64,000 bases of DNA from a virus. The notes beneath the pieces are model-generated. The model was not told where the DNA came from and did no database searches. It was given only the letters and a program-made list of their open reading frames with translations. Below are positions 1-10,997 of this stretch, piece after piece. Position numbers and translations under genes: made by a program. Every line of letters begins with the position of its first letter. Positions within the stretch are counted from its first letter, which is position 1. Location: positions 42,649-106,648 of the IMG/VR virus record IMGVR_UViG_3300023174_000094; one strand, written 5' to 3'.

Positions 1-1
1 T

Positions 2-3000
2 AAGCAGGTAACTGATCTTAGTGCTTCTTTACGCAATCTTGCGGCTAATGTTTCTGGTATTACTGTGCCAATGTCTAAGCTTGATTCGCACACAAGAGCT
101 CTGAATAAGGCTCTTGGTATGGGCACTAGGGGTGCTAAAGAACACGCTACATCCTTTAAGGGTTTAATACAAAACCAAAAGACCTTAAGCATTGAAACTA
201 AAAACCTGACCAAAGATATAAAGGCAATGAACGCCATTATCAAGGCTGGTCATACAACTGATATCATAAACCCTGCTACCGTAGCAAACCTTAAGACACT
301 ACAGACGACATTGAAAAATATGCGTTTGAGAGCTTTTAGCTCTGATATGCAAAGTATCGGGTTGAATTTAAAGAAGCTTGGCAAAGACGCTCAGTTCGTT
401 GGTAGAAGCTTGATGATTAACCTCACAGCGCCATTTACCTTAATGGCTCGCTATGGGCTTAAGGCTCTAACAGATATTGATAAAGAAGCGGTTCGTTTAA
501 CAAAAGTTATGGATGGCGTTGCTATGTCTATTGAACAAGCAATGGCTAAAACTGGTCAAGACGCATCTTCTCCACTAGTTCAGAAATTAGTTAAAAACTA
601 TCAAGAGTTGAATGATGCTTTAACTGCTACAAGTGCTAAGTATGGCATTGCTAAGTCGCTAACTATTGGGCTTGCAGCCGACTTTGCTGAACTGGGTATC
701 GGCGCTAAAGAAAGCGTTGCTGCCATTACAGAGTTAACAGCGGCTACTGAAAAACTTGGTGGTATGGATATATCACAATCTCAAGACCTGATTCAGGCAA
801 TGTACTTCCAGTCAATCAGGGCTTTTGACCAAGCTGGTAGGTCATTTGTTAGCGCTGCAGCAAAAGAAAAAGCAGCTATTGAATCAAGCACTGCTCAATT
901 GCAAATGTTTAACGCAATTGAAAACACTACAGCGCTAACAATGCGTGACCTGGGTGATGCATTCCCAGAAGTTGCGTCAATGGCAACAACATTTGGTTTG
1001 TCAATGACAGAGGCTGCTGCGATGTTAGCGCCAATGAAAGCTGCTGGTCTTGAGGTTGGCGCTTCAGCTAACGCTATTAAAGTCTCTTTGCAGAGAATAG
1101 TTGCTCCGACAAAAGCTAATGCTGAAATGCTCGCTTCTCTTTCTGAGTCTTACAAGAATACTACTCAGGGATCGCAGGCGTTTAATAATGCGACAAGATC
1201 TGGTCTTACTGGTTTGCTGGGAATTGTTGAATCATTCACTGCTGTAAAAGATTCTTCTGCTGGAATGGAAGGTGCAATGCAGATGATGGCAAAAATCTTT
1301 GGTGTCCGTCAAGGACCAAGAATGATGATTGCTATCCAGCAGCTTGCTCAATTCAATGATGAACTAAGAAAAGCAGATCCTCTAGGTCAAAGCGTAGCCA
1401 AGACTCTCGTTAATCTTGCTAACGGAGCAAGTAATAGTTCCAAGCTTGCTATTAAAAATTTTACTGATATTGGAGTTATTGCGAGAGTAGCAACAGCACA
1501 AGTTGGTCAACAAGTTGAAAACTTTGGTGTTGTTACTGTAAAAGATATTAAAGATGCTAACGCTGCTAGAAAAGCGGTTGCTGATGAGATTTTAAGAGCG
1601 AACAGAGAAGGTCGTGACATCATGTCTGAGATCAATACTGAGGCTGGTCGTTCAATGATTGTTGAACTTGCTGGTTCTGCGAGCGCATCTGTTTTGGCGC
1701 AAAGAGAATTGGATGCTTCATTAAAGTCTCTTGATGTTACTATTTCAAAAATTAAAAATAATTTTAAAATATTTGCCGCTGACTTGCTCAATAGCACAAG
1801 ACCTGCAATTGAAAAGATTGCAGAGGTGACAGGTAAGTTGATTGATAAATGGAATAGCTTGTCAGCCACAACAAAGAAAACTGTAGGCGTTCTTGTTATG
1901 TCAATCATGGGAGCGCTCGCAGCGATTGGTCCATTGATTCTTGCTTTTGGTACATTGAGTTCTGTAACTGGCATTGCTATGCGAGGAATATTTAAGTTTA
2001 TACCAAGTCTAAAAAATGCTGAAGGTGGTTTCATTGGACTAGCAGACGCTATTGGTAAGTCTGGAAATAAACTTGATGCACTATATAACTCTTTTACTGA
2101 AGGGAAGGGGCTCCTTGTACGAAGCACTTCTGGAATAGCCGCTGCTGCTGGCTTGCCGATGGGACCAGGTGCTACTGCAGCCGCAGCAGCCGCAGGGACT
2201 ACTCCGCCATCACGCCCATTTAAATTTGCAAGAGTCAAGGGTGTTATTACTCAAGTCGGTGGTGTTGGTATTCCTGCTCCTGGTGGTGTTGGACCAGCTA
2301 TGCCAGGAAGCACAAGAGGTCTCACAGCCGCTAGAAGAGCTTATGCATTAGAAGAGATGGCTTTAACAGATAGGGCTGGAATTACCACAACGAGAACAGG
2401 AAGATTTCAGCAATCACCAACTCTCGGCATCAGAGACAGATTTAGACAATTACGCACTGGAGCAGCGCCTGGAAGATCATTTATTCCTACATCAGTTGTT
2501 AATGATGCAATGGAAAGAAGGCTATCTGCATTTGACAGAGCTGGCATTACACGAGGAGCGGGTAGTGGTCAGTTGTTCAATGCAAGAGGTCGTGCATTAA
2601 GTGAAGATCGTGCTCTTAGAATAGCAAGAGGTGGTGTTGGTGGTCGTATTTCCAGTGTTCTCCAAAGAGGTAAAGAGGCACGAGATGCTATGGCTGGAGC
2701 AACGCCTGGTAGTGTTGGTAGAGGAGTGTTGGCTGGTCAAAGAAGATTGATGACTCAACCTTTTACATCAGCAAAAGGATTGGCAACTGCTGGGATTGGA
2801 AAAGTAAAAGATCTTGATGTATACAAAAATGCATTGACAAGAGTTGCTGAGGCACAAAAGCAATTGCGCATTGACCAGGCAGCTTTTGGTAAAGGTGCAG
2901 TCTCAACCTTCAGTCAGGCAAAAACTTCATTGATGGCTTTTATGAATACTCAGAAGCTAGCAACGGTTGTAGCTAAATTATTTAGGGTAGCGATGGTAAG

Positions 3001-5593
3001 TAGTGGAATCGGTATTGTTCTTCTTGCAATTGGTGTAGCAATTTATGCTGTGATGAAAAACTTTGATAAGTTTAAGGCAGTTGCTAGTAGCGGAATAGAA
3101 AAGGTAAAAGTAGCTTTTAAGATTCTAAAAGGCGCAGCTATGGAGATAATTAGACCATTCGTTGACCTGTTTGCAATATTTGGTAAAGGTGGAGAAAGTG
3201 GAGCTGGCGCTGCTGAAGGAATTGGTGCTGCATTTAATAAAATAGCTAGTGTTATTGAGTTCCTTGCAAAGATGGTTCATCGCTTCGTAACTCAATTTAT
3301 ACAACCATATCTCTATATGATTATCAATATCGTAATGGCTGTTGTTGAAGCATTCAAGGGTAATTGGAGCAAGGCGTTTGATTATGTAAAAGCTGCATTT
3401 GGATTCTTTATTGAGCTTCTTGTTAATGGCATTGCTCTTGGAATAAAAATAATTCTAAAATCAGTCGGATTGTTGGCAAAGGGAATGATCAGTCTATTTG
3501 GTATGGCAATTAAGGTATGGATTGAAATTGCATTTGCTGGCGTTACATTAATTATGAAAGCCATATCTTTTATTCCAGGAATTGGAAGCAAAATAAATAA
3601 TGCATACAGAGGTGTAATTAATGGAATAAAGGGAACGGTTGACGCTGTAACTGGAGCTGTTAATGGTGGTATTGATGCAACAATAAATGGAATGTCAGGG
3701 CTGGTTGACGCTGGTGCTAAAGCCGTTAAGGGCTCACTAAAGGGCTTGAAGGGCTCTGGTGTTAAGCAGTCAACTGGAAAGATGTTTGATGGATCAAAGA
3801 AAGTTGCTAAGACCAAGGGTGATGAAGTTGGTAAAGTCTATAATGAAGCAATCACCAACACTGTTGGAGATGGCTTACCTGAATCGGTAAAGAACGCTAC
3901 TGGAAAAGCGTTTAATGATTCAGTAAAAGATCTTGCCCAGAAACTTCAAGATTATGTTAAGGGTGAAATGTCTAATGCCCTTAGCAAACTGCAAAAAGAT
4001 CTTGAAGCTTCATTGAAGAAGCAAAAAGATGCCGCTCTTGCAGTTTATGATTCACAAATTGATACTCTTGACAAGCTAGCTAAAGCAGAAGAGTCTCTTA
4101 CAAAGACAAAAGAGTATGAAGCGACTAGAAGACAGGCTATTGAAGAAAGAGCACTCCAGTCTCAGAATTATATTAGAAATCGTGCTCTTGCGATTTATGA
4201 GGGAAGAATTGATGATGCAAGAATGCTTGATCTTCAGGATCGCAAAGATGCAGCAGATAGTGCAAAGTCAATTGGTGAAATTGATTCCTCAAGAAAGAAA
4301 GAGCTTGCTGCAGAAAACCTTGATGCATTAAAGAGTGCAATCACAACTGCAAGAGAAGAGGCAGATAAATTCTTTGACACCACTGCTGAAAAATTTGGCA
4401 ACGCTGCTTCTGAAATTCTTAAGTTCCCTCCAGTAACAAAGCAAGATTATATTGACCAGATGACATCACTTACCGAGTTGGCTAAAAAAACAGCTAACGA
4501 TAGTGGAACTGAATTTTCAAAAATGTTTGATGACTTTGCATCAACAATAAGTAGCAAGATGCCAAATGATGTTGTTGGTGCATTTACAACAAATCTTGAT
4601 GATTTGGTCAAAGTTGCTGTTGATAAATATGGTCTTGGAAAAGGAACTGCTGACAGCAGTACTGTGATTGGTTCAACGATTGGAATGCTCATGGATATGG
4701 GCGGAGCTATGGGTGATAATAAGCAATTCGTTGTTGACACTTTTGGAGAAATAACAACTGGTATTAAAGATAACGCATCTGATGGTTTTAAAGAAATCAC
4801 AACGCTTATCTACAGTGGATTCGTAGCAGACTTTAATAAAGCAGTAACTGATGCTGATCCAACGACTGTTTATCAGAAGGCGATCAAAGATGGCAATAAG
4901 GCAATCTTGGATGACTTTAGAAATACTGTTGGCGGTGTTGGTTCTGAAGTTGAGAATATGAAGGACTTGCTTGATCCTTTAGTTAAGAAGTGGGCATTGC
5001 TTGAAGCTCAAGCAAAAGCCGCTGGTGATGCTCAAGCAGCAGCTGCTTCTGGTGGAGGCGGTGAAACACCTGGCTCAGCAACATTTACTGGGGGTACATA
5101 CGGTGGAATAAATATGGGCTCAAGAAGTTCTGCCTATTGGAATTCTGTTAATACCGCACTAGGGATAATTCCATCAAGAAGTTCAGTCCTTTCCCCAACA
5201 ATAGGTCCAAAATGGATGGGTGGAGGTATTCCTAAGTTTGCTACTGGTGGTTATTTGAACAAAGCAATGTCACAATCAATACCAGCGCTACTTCATGGTG
5301 GTGAATATATTATGAGCGCAAAAGCTGTGCAGAGTATTGGAGCCGCAACTCTGCAGAACCTTAACAATATGAGATTTAATGCGCCAAGGAATTCAGCACC
5401 AAATGGTGGACAAAATGTAACTATGTCAACACAGAATACAAATATTTATGTTGATAACTTTATTGGTGAAGAAGAATGGTTTAACTCAATGATGAAGGAG
5501 TACAATGTTAATGTATTGCCAAAGAATCAAAAAGCGGCTGGTGTACAACCTAGAGTTGTAAGGTCGTATAACGGAATCAACCAGGGTCTGTAA
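2..5593 (+). CDS. Tail tape measure protein (5'-truncated by window edge)
   Basis: Over 1840 aa, Ala/Gly/Lys-rich helical protein with a TMP-type N-terminal region, hydrophobic segments and a C-terminal FATGG...LHGGEYI motif. The frame is open from base 2 and precedes the tail genes. Confidence 0.9.
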   Translation, partial: KQVTDLSASLRNLAANVSGITVPMSKLDSHTRALNKALGMGTRGAKEHATSFKGLIQNQKTLSIETKNLTKDIKAMNAIIKAGHTTDIINPATVANLKTLQTTLKNMRLRAFSSDMQSIGLNLKKLGKDAQFVGRSLMINLTAPFTLMARYGLKALTDIDKEAVRLTKVMDGVAMSIEQAMAKTGQDASSPLVQKLVKNYQELNDALTATSAKYGIAKSLTIGLAADFAELGIGAKESVAAITELTAATEKLGGMDISQSQDLIQAMYFQSIRAFDQAGRSFVSAAAKEKAAIESSTAQLQMFNAIENTTALTMRDLGDAFPEVASMATTFGLSMTEAAAMLAPMKAAGLEVGASANAIKVSLQRIVAPTKANAEMLASLSESYKNTTQGSQAFNNATRSGLTGLLGIVESFTAVKDSSAGMEGAMQMMAKIFGVRQGPRMMIAIQQLAQFNDELRKADPLGQSVAKTLVNLANGASNSSKLAIKNFTDIGVIARVATAQVGQQVENFGVVTVKDIKDANAARKAVADEILRANREGRDIMSEINTEAGRSMIVELAGSASASVLAQRELDASLKSLDVTISKIKNNFKIFAADLLNSTRPAIEKIAEVTGKLIDKWNSLSATTKKTVGVLVMSIMGALAAIGPLILAFGTLSSVTGIAMRGIFKFIPSLKNAEGGFIGLADAIGKSGNKLDALYNSFTEGKGLLVRSTSGIAAAAGLPMGPGATAAAAAAGTTPPSRPFKFARVKGVITQVGGVGIPAPGGVGPAMPGSTRGLTAARRAYALEEMALTDRAGITTTRTGRFQQSPTLGIRDRFRQLRTGAAPGRSFIPTSVVNDAMERRLSAFDRAGITRGAGSGQLFNARGRALSEDRALRIARGGVGGRISSVLQRGKEARDAMAGATPGSVGRGVLAGQRRLMTQPFTSAKGLATAGIGKVKDLDVYKNALTRVAEAQKQLRIDQAAFGKGAVSTFSQAKTSLMAFMNTQKLATVVAKLFRVAMVSSGIGIVLLAIGVAIYAVMKNFDKFKAVASSGIEKVKVAFKILKGAAMEIIRPFVDLFAIFGKGGESGAGAAEGIGAAFNKIASVIEFLAKMVHRFVTQFIQPYLYMIINIVMAVVEAFKGNWSKAFDYVKAAFGFFIELLVNGIALGIKIILKSVGLLAKGMISLFGMAIKVWIEIAFAGVTLIMKAISFIPGIGSKINNAYRGVINGIKGTVDAVTGAVNGGIDATINGMSGLVDAGAKAVKGSLKGLKGSGVKQSTGKMFDGSKKVAKTKGDEVGKVYNEAITNTVGDGLPESVKNATGKAFNDSVKDLAQKLQDYVKGEMSNALSKLQKDLEASLKKQKDAALAVYDSQIDTLDKLAKAEESLTKTKEYEATRRQAIEERALQSQNYIRNRALAIYEGRIDDARMLDLQDRKDAADSAKSIGEIDSSRKKELAAENLDALKSAITTAREEADKFFDTTAEKFGNAASEILKFPPVTKQDYIDQMTSLTELAKKTANDSGTEFSKMFDDFASTISSKMPNDVVGAFTTNLDDLVKVAVDKYGLGKGTADSSTVIGSTIGMLMDMGGAMGDNKQFVVDTFGEITTGIKDNASDGFKEITTLIYSGFVADFNKAVTDADPTTVYQKAIKDGNKAILDDFRNTVGGVGSEVENMKDLLDPLVKKWALLEAQAKAAGDAQAAAASGGGGETPGSATFTGGTYGGINMGSRSSAYWNSVNTALGIIPSRSSVLSPTIGPKWMGGGIPKFATGGYLNKAMSQSIPALLHGGEYIMSAKAVQSIGAATLQNLNNMRFNAPRNSAPNGGQNVTMSTQNTNIYVDNFIGEEEWFNSMMKEYNVNVLPKNQKAAGVQPRVVRSYNGINQGL

Positions 5594-6012
5594 TGCCTGC
5601 TATCCAAAATCAATTACCAACTTTAGTCAATGTAATAAAACTCAATGGCACTGAAATAACCGAGCATGGCAGAACACTATCAACATCGGTTGATAGCAAT
5701 TCATCTGATGTAATGATGAATAATGGAAACAAAAAAAGATATATTAAGTCAGCAAAGAATACATATAGCCTTAGCTATTATTATCTCCCAAGCAATACTG
5801 ATAAAACCATTGATGGTCGGGTTGGCAGAGATTATTTAATCTCTCTAATGTCGTACAGGGGTAAAATAACTCTATCAATTGACATTGATCCAAATGAACC
5901 ACCATTCACAACATATGTCTACGCAGACTCATACTCAGAAGAGCTGGTAAGAAGAGATATTAAAACAGACTGTTCATATTACAATGTGCAAGTCTCGTTC
6001 AGAGAGGCTTAA
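5593..6012 (+). CDS. Putative tail-tip (distal tail-like) protein
   Basis: Directly follows the TMP with TAATG overlap; similar to the C-terminal part of the next ORF. Confidence 0.55.
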   Translation: MPAIQNQLPTLVNVIKLNGTEITEHGRTLSTSVDSNSSDVMMNNGNKKRYIKSAKNTYSLSYYYLPSNTDKTIDGRVGRDYLISLMSYRGKITLSIDIDPNEPPFTTYVYADSYSEELVRRDIKTDCSYYNVQVSFREA

Positions 6013-7074
6013 ATGTCTGATAATAGCCTATATTCATTCTCAGACCCATTTAGCCGTGGTATAGATTTTTACCAAGCTGATGAAGCTGATGTCTTTATTG
6101 AGATTCAAGTCAGTTCGGGTCTAACTGTTTCGCTCATCAATATTATTAATATTGCCTCAGACATATCTGCGTCAGCTTCGCTAGACACATCTTTTACAAA
6201 GATAGCCTATGCAGCGGCGGATCTGTCTGTAGATGGCGCAACCGTAATTGTTGCAACAGAAAGGCAAGATGGTTCAGTAAGCATTTCTGGCGATATATCT
6301 GTTAGTACAAATATTACAAAAATTGCATATTCTGATTCTTCAATTTCTGCAAATTCAGACATCTCTGTTAACAGCATAGGGTTGCGTATATCTCAGATTT
6401 CCATTGAAGCCAATTCTAATGTGGTATCTTCAATTCTTAAATTTGCTCATTTAAACACAGCGCTTTCATCAAATACAGATGTTTCAGCGTCTGGAACATC
6501 AATTAAGTTTGCATCAGCAAACCTTTCTGGGTCTGTAAATCTAAGCACTATCGGAAGAATTTCTCTTGCAACAATCAAAATTGTTCTCTTACAAAATACA
6601 AATGTTAGTGCTAAGTTTGTTAAGTTTAGCTCGGTAACTGGTGTTGATTCAAGCTCAATAAGAACATTATTGATACTTGATGGAAAGCCATTGACAAACC
6701 AAAACAGAACTTTGAATGTATCCTCAATGCCTGTGTTTATTGAAAATAGAAATTGGGCTGGTGATAGTTCAAGATATTATAAAAATCAATCATCTGCGGA
6801 TAAAAAGTCATTCAGTATAAACTGGAGATTTATTCCTAACTTTAGAGAATTCACTGTTGATGAAAGACACTCAAGGGACTACCTTAGAAAAATATCATTA
6901 GACCCAGATGTTCACCAATTAAAAGTTATTAATCAAGATTCTGATGGGGCTACTCCATATACAGAAACTGTTTATAATGTCTTTATTAAAGACTTTTCTG
7001 AAAATTTAATTAGAAGAGATATGGTTGATAATGTATACTATTTTGATTGCTCTATTTCGTTAGAGGAGGTGTAG
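6013..7074 (+). CDS. Minor tail/virion protein
   Basis: Ser/Ile-rich beta repeats plus a C-terminal domain paralogous to 5593..6012 (RTL..S, R..RDYL, SE.L.RRD). Confidence 0.6.
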   Translation: MSDNSLYSFSDPFSRGIDFYQADEADVFIEIQVSSGLTVSLINIINIASDISASASLDTSFTKIAYAAADLSVDGATVIVATERQDGSVSISGDISVSTNITKIAYSDSSISANSDISVNSIGLRISQISIEANSNVVSSILKFAHLNTALSSNTDVSASGTSIKFASANLSGSVNLSTIGRISLATIKIVLLQNTNVSAKFVKFSSVTGVDSSSIRTLLILDGKPLTNQNRTLNVSSMPVFIENRNWAGDSSRYYKNQSSADKKSFSINWRFIPNFREFTVDERHSRDYLRKISLDPDVHQLKVINQDSDGATPYTETVYNVFIKDFSENLIRRDMVDNVYYFDCSISLEEV

Positions 7075-10000
7075 TGTTAACAACTGATATTTACGGAAAG
7101 ACTTTATCTAGCTCTTTTGAGACAGCATCCACCTCAGTAGCCCAAAGAGTAAAGCCAAAAATTGTTATTCAATGGTTAGACAGTAGACATATTGATAATT
7201 TGGTTGTCACTACAAATGATAGCCATGCAAATTCGGCATATCCTAGTATCGGTTTTTATTTTGATAAAACTCAAGCTTTTAATGGCGTGGAGAGGCAATC
7301 TTTTACATGGGCTGTGGCTGGTGCAAAAGACGAGAACGGCAAAGTTATTACAGCAGATGGAACCTACCATGCAATGCCTTCCTTGACGGGCAGTGATTTA
7401 AGCAATACCCAACTGGGCAGCTCTCTTGAATTTGGGTGGTGGTCAAATAGCATTAGTAATTCAAACACTCATTCTACATACAGTGGATATGGCTTCTCAA
7501 CAAATCCGTATATCCAGGCTGTTTTTGATGAGAGGAAAGTTAATCGTATCCGCATTGTGACATCTGAGTTTTTTGGCGGTATTTCAAACTATCTAGTTGA
7601 GGCTTACAACGCTGCTTCAGCATTAATTCTTTCGGAAGAGGGGCAGATAAAAGACGGTTCATATTATCAAGATCACATTATATCAACACAAACATCACAA
7701 AATGTTGCAAGAATAAGAGTAACTGTTCGCACAACAAAGAACCCTCAAGATAGGGCAAGAATTCAAGAAGTAATTCCCATCTATGAAACAGATATTACAG
7801 ACTATGTAATTGATTATGAATTCTCCAGAACAAGAGATGTTCATCAAAGCAGCTTGCCAATTGGTGGATCTGAAACCGCTAAAGCATCTATCAATCTAGA
7901 TAATACAGAAAAGAATTTTAGCATTTTTAATAATGCTTCATTGTTTGGTAAGTATATGAAAAAAGATTTAAAAGTAAATATTGCTACAGGTTGGAGAATT
8001 AAGAAAAATTTAGAAGATTTAAATGCAGAGTACTACTCATCCACCATTGCTTCAAACATCACATCTTCATCAACGACTATCTCTGTGGTAGACGCTACTG
8101 GATTTCCATCTGGCGGTGCTGGTAATCATTTTACCCTGATAATTGGTAAGGGAACTCAGAATGAAGAAATAATTCTCTGTTCTCAGTCAAGTGATGATAG
8201 AACAGTTGTTGTTGAGGAGAGGGGTTACGCTGGGTCTATTGCAAGAAGTCATGCGTCTGGTACATCCATAACATTTGATTTATTTGAATATGTGTCTGCT
8301 GGAACATACTATGTTGATGAGTGGTCCTCTTCTTCATCTTCAATGTCCGTATCAGTATCGCTTAATGACTGGTCAAAATATTTAACTGAAAGAACAATTA
8401 ATACAGGCTTCTTTATGCAAAATGCATATGTTGGAGATGCTGTAAAAAATCTATTGATGAGAGCAAACTTTCCAAGTGCCGATGTTAAGAAGCTAGGTAA
8501 ATATAGTTCTGGTTCTAGGGATCGTGGAGCAATTGCCAATTATTCTTTTAACGAAGAAGCAATTGACCGAAGCGGCAATGCTATTATTCCTGGAAGTGGT
8601 TTGAGAGCAAGGTTCTGGGGAATGCCTTCTGGTGGTGAGCCTAATGTAAAAGATATATTGGCAGATGCGCTAGACAAGCAATTGTCACCACTTGACTTAG
8701 CCCTTGGGTTAAAATCATTTGTAAGTCCGAGCTATGTTGCTCTGTCAAAAGATATCTCAGCCAATGTGACATCGGCAATTGAAATTACCAATTTCTCTTT
8801 TACTGGAACAAATGGCATAACATATAGTCAATACTTTAACGGCGTATTTGACGGGTACTACATCCCCAGAACATCTGGTGAGCAGAGACTTGTTGTTTAT
8901 ATTAGATATGGTGGTGTAAGAGTTTATCTGGATGATACTCTGATACTTAATCAATGGAGAATGAACACAACAACTGGCGGGGCGCTGACCAGGTTCCAAT
9001 CAGACCTTCTTAACTTAACAGCTGGTTCTCCAAGAAAAATAAGAATTGAATTCTTTCATGCATTTGATGATAATAACGGATCAAGCTTTTCAATCAAACT
9101 CTACAAAGCTGTTGGTATATCTGCTGATGCGCTGATCAGCGCTGGTGAGTTTTGCACAGTTGTGGCAACTGACTCTATTGGGTCAAGGAATGCCGCATTT
9201 ACCTCAGATCCAAATAGAAATGTTAACAGGAATAATGGTATCTATATAGCCTCACCATCTCTATCTCAAGCAACTGGGTTAACATCGGAGCCAGATAATA
9301 AGTCTGTGCTTCTTGCATCTAATTCTTATATTAGAATACCTTATCACTCTTCGCTGGATGTGACTAATTCAAACTCATACCTCTATACTGGCGACTGGTC
9401 TTTTGAGTTGTTCACTAAGTTTAATAACGGATCGTTTGCCTCGGATGGGGAGTATATAAGTAACTGGTCCAATTCAAATCCAAATACTGGTTTTGAATTT
9501 TTTAATAATAGCTCATCTCATGGTTTTAAAATAAAAACACTGTCCAATGCAACAGTTGTTACAGAAACAGTATCTTCAAACACTGCTCTGTCTAATTCTT
9601 CTTTCCATCATATTACTGTCACATATTCAGACAATACTCTTAAATACTATGTTAACGGTCAAATTGCAGATAGCGAGATTGTAGAAGGAACACCTATTGC
9701 ATGGACAAGTAGAGATATTACAATTGGTGGTCGTGGTGCTTCTTATACTTCTGGGACTGGGGAATCAGCCCCGTCTGCATTTAGAGCGTTTACTATTGAT
9801 GAATTCGCACTATATAATGTCGCTCTATCTGATCAAGATGTTGCGGAGAGATATAGTGAATCAAGTATACAGCCTTTGACAATGTTTCCATTTCTTTATG
9901 GTAATGATGAAACAATCAGGTCAATTCTTGACGGTATAACATTTGCTGATCTTGGTCGTGTATACATAGATGAACAAAACAAAGCAAGATACGAGCATTT

Positions 10001-10997
10001 CTATCGTTTTTTTGAATCATCAATTCCACAACATGCCAATGTGCAATACACCATTAGCGACTCCTCTAGTATTATTGATGCTGACTACACTGTTGCGCTA
10101 CAGTGTAATAAAGTGGTTATACCGATTGCAGGGCTTGCATCAGCCGCTGCTGGAACACAATCTCTATGGAGAGCACCAGACCCTACAACCTTAAGCTCTG
10201 TTGCGCTTACTGCAAATATAAACTCAAGTGTTAATACTATTTATGTATCAACAACTGAGGATCCACCATTTCCAACTTCTGGTTATCTAAAAATTGAGAA
10301 TGAAATTGTAAAATATAATTCAAAGACGAGAAATTCTTTTAACAATGTTGAGAGAGGTCAGTTTCAGACTACCGCCGCTTCTCATGCAAGTGGTGTTAAG
10401 GCAAGAGAGGCTAAGTATTACAACCTTAAGTATGACAAAGCACCAGCTTTTAATATTAGATCACCTTTCATAACTGGAATTCTATTTGAAGATCCAGATG
10501 AAATTGAGATTGTTAAGTTTTTGCCTGGTCCTTATGGAGCTGAGTTAATAATTTCAACATCAAATAGTGTCGGGAGTGGAACAATTGTATTTGCTGAGGG
10601 AACCAACCCTCTTACAGACAAAGTTGCATTTACATCAATTGCTGGTGTTCCAGTCATTATCACTGAGCAGAATACTCAGGTTACTCAGCAATCAGCATTG
10701 AACACTGATTCAATCAAAAAGTATGGACTAAAGGATGTTATTATTGAAAGCCCATTTATTAGCGATGCAGTGCATGCTCAGAAGCTAGCTGATTTTATAA
10801 TCTCTAAAACACAAGACTCTGTTCCAATTCTTAATATTAATGCTACAGCTATTCCAAAGATTCAACTTGGTGATAGAATAAGAATATCAACAATGAGCTC
10901 TTTTGATATAATTAATGCTGACTACTGGGTGATATCTCAATCACTAAATGTTGGAGACACTCTGCAGCATCAGTTAACTCTTAGGAAGGTGGTTTAA
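7074..10997 (+). CDS. Large tail/baseplate protein with PA14-like and LamG (concanavalin A-like) domains
   Basis: GTG start after AGAGGAGG. PA14-like motif (GVRVYLDDTLILNQW...IRIEFF) and LamG-like motif (HHITVTY...YYVNG...IDEFALYN.AL). Confidence 0.75.
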   Translation: MLTTDIYGKTLSSSFETASTSVAQRVKPKIVIQWLDSRHIDNLVVTTNDSHANSAYPSIGFYFDKTQAFNGVERQSFTWAVAGAKDENGKVITADGTYHAMPSLTGSDLSNTQLGSSLEFGWWSNSISNSNTHSTYSGYGFSTNPYIQAVFDERKVNRIRIVTSEFFGGISNYLVEAYNAASALILSEEGQIKDGSYYQDHIISTQTSQNVARIRVTVRTTKNPQDRARIQEVIPIYETDITDYVIDYEFSRTRDVHQSSLPIGGSETAKASINLDNTEKNFSIFNNASLFGKYMKKDLKVNIATGWRIKKNLEDLNAEYYSSTIASNITSSSTTISVVDATGFPSGGAGNHFTLIIGKGTQNEEIILCSQSSDDRTVVVEERGYAGSIARSHASGTSITFDLFEYVSAGTYYVDEWSSSSSSMSVSVSLNDWSKYLTERTINTGFFMQNAYVGDAVKNLLMRANFPSADVKKLGKYSSGSRDRGAIANYSFNEEAIDRSGNAIIPGSGLRARFWGMPSGGEPNVKDILADALDKQLSPLDLALGLKSFVSPSYVALSKDISANVTSAIEITNFSFTGTNGITYSQYFNGVFDGYYIPRTSGEQRLVVYIRYGGVRVYLDDTLILNQWRMNTTTGGALTRFQSDLLNLTAGSPRKIRIEFFHAFDDNNGSSFSIKLYKAVGISADALISAGEFCTVVATDSIGSRNAAFTSDPNRNVNRNNGIYIASPSLSQATGLTSEPDNKSVLLASNSYIRIPYHSSLDVTNSNSYLYTGDWSFELFTKFNNGSFASDGEYISNWSNSNPNTGFEFFNNSSSHGFKIKTLSNATVVTETVSSNTALSNSSFHHITVTYSDNTLKYYVNGQIADSEIVEGTPIAWTSRDITIGGRGASYTSGTGESAPSAFRAFTIDEFALYNVALSDQDVAERYSESSIQPLTMFPFLYGNDETIRSILDGITFADLGRVYIDEQNKARYEHFYRFFESSIPQHANVQYTISDSSSIIDADYTVALQCNKVVIPIAGLASAAAGTQSLWRAPDPTTLSSVALTANINSSVNTIYVSTTEDPPFPTSGYLKIENEIVKYNSKTRNSFNNVERGQFQTTAASHASGVKAREAKYYNLKYDKAPAFNIRSPFITGILFEDPDEIEIVKFLPGPYGAELIISTSNSVGSGTIVFAEGTNPLTDKVAFTSIAGVPVIITEQNTQVTQQSALNTDSIKKYGLKDVIIESPFISDAVHAQKLADFIISKTQDSVPILNINATAIPKIQLGDRIRISTMSSFDIINADYWVISQSLNVGDTLQHQLTLRKVV

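Noticed and set aside
1507-4800. Long antisense ORFs within the tape measure gene (1507-2238, 3382-3816, 4447-4800)
   Set aside because: Shadow frames of a codon-biased gene, with no RBS or recognisable motif.
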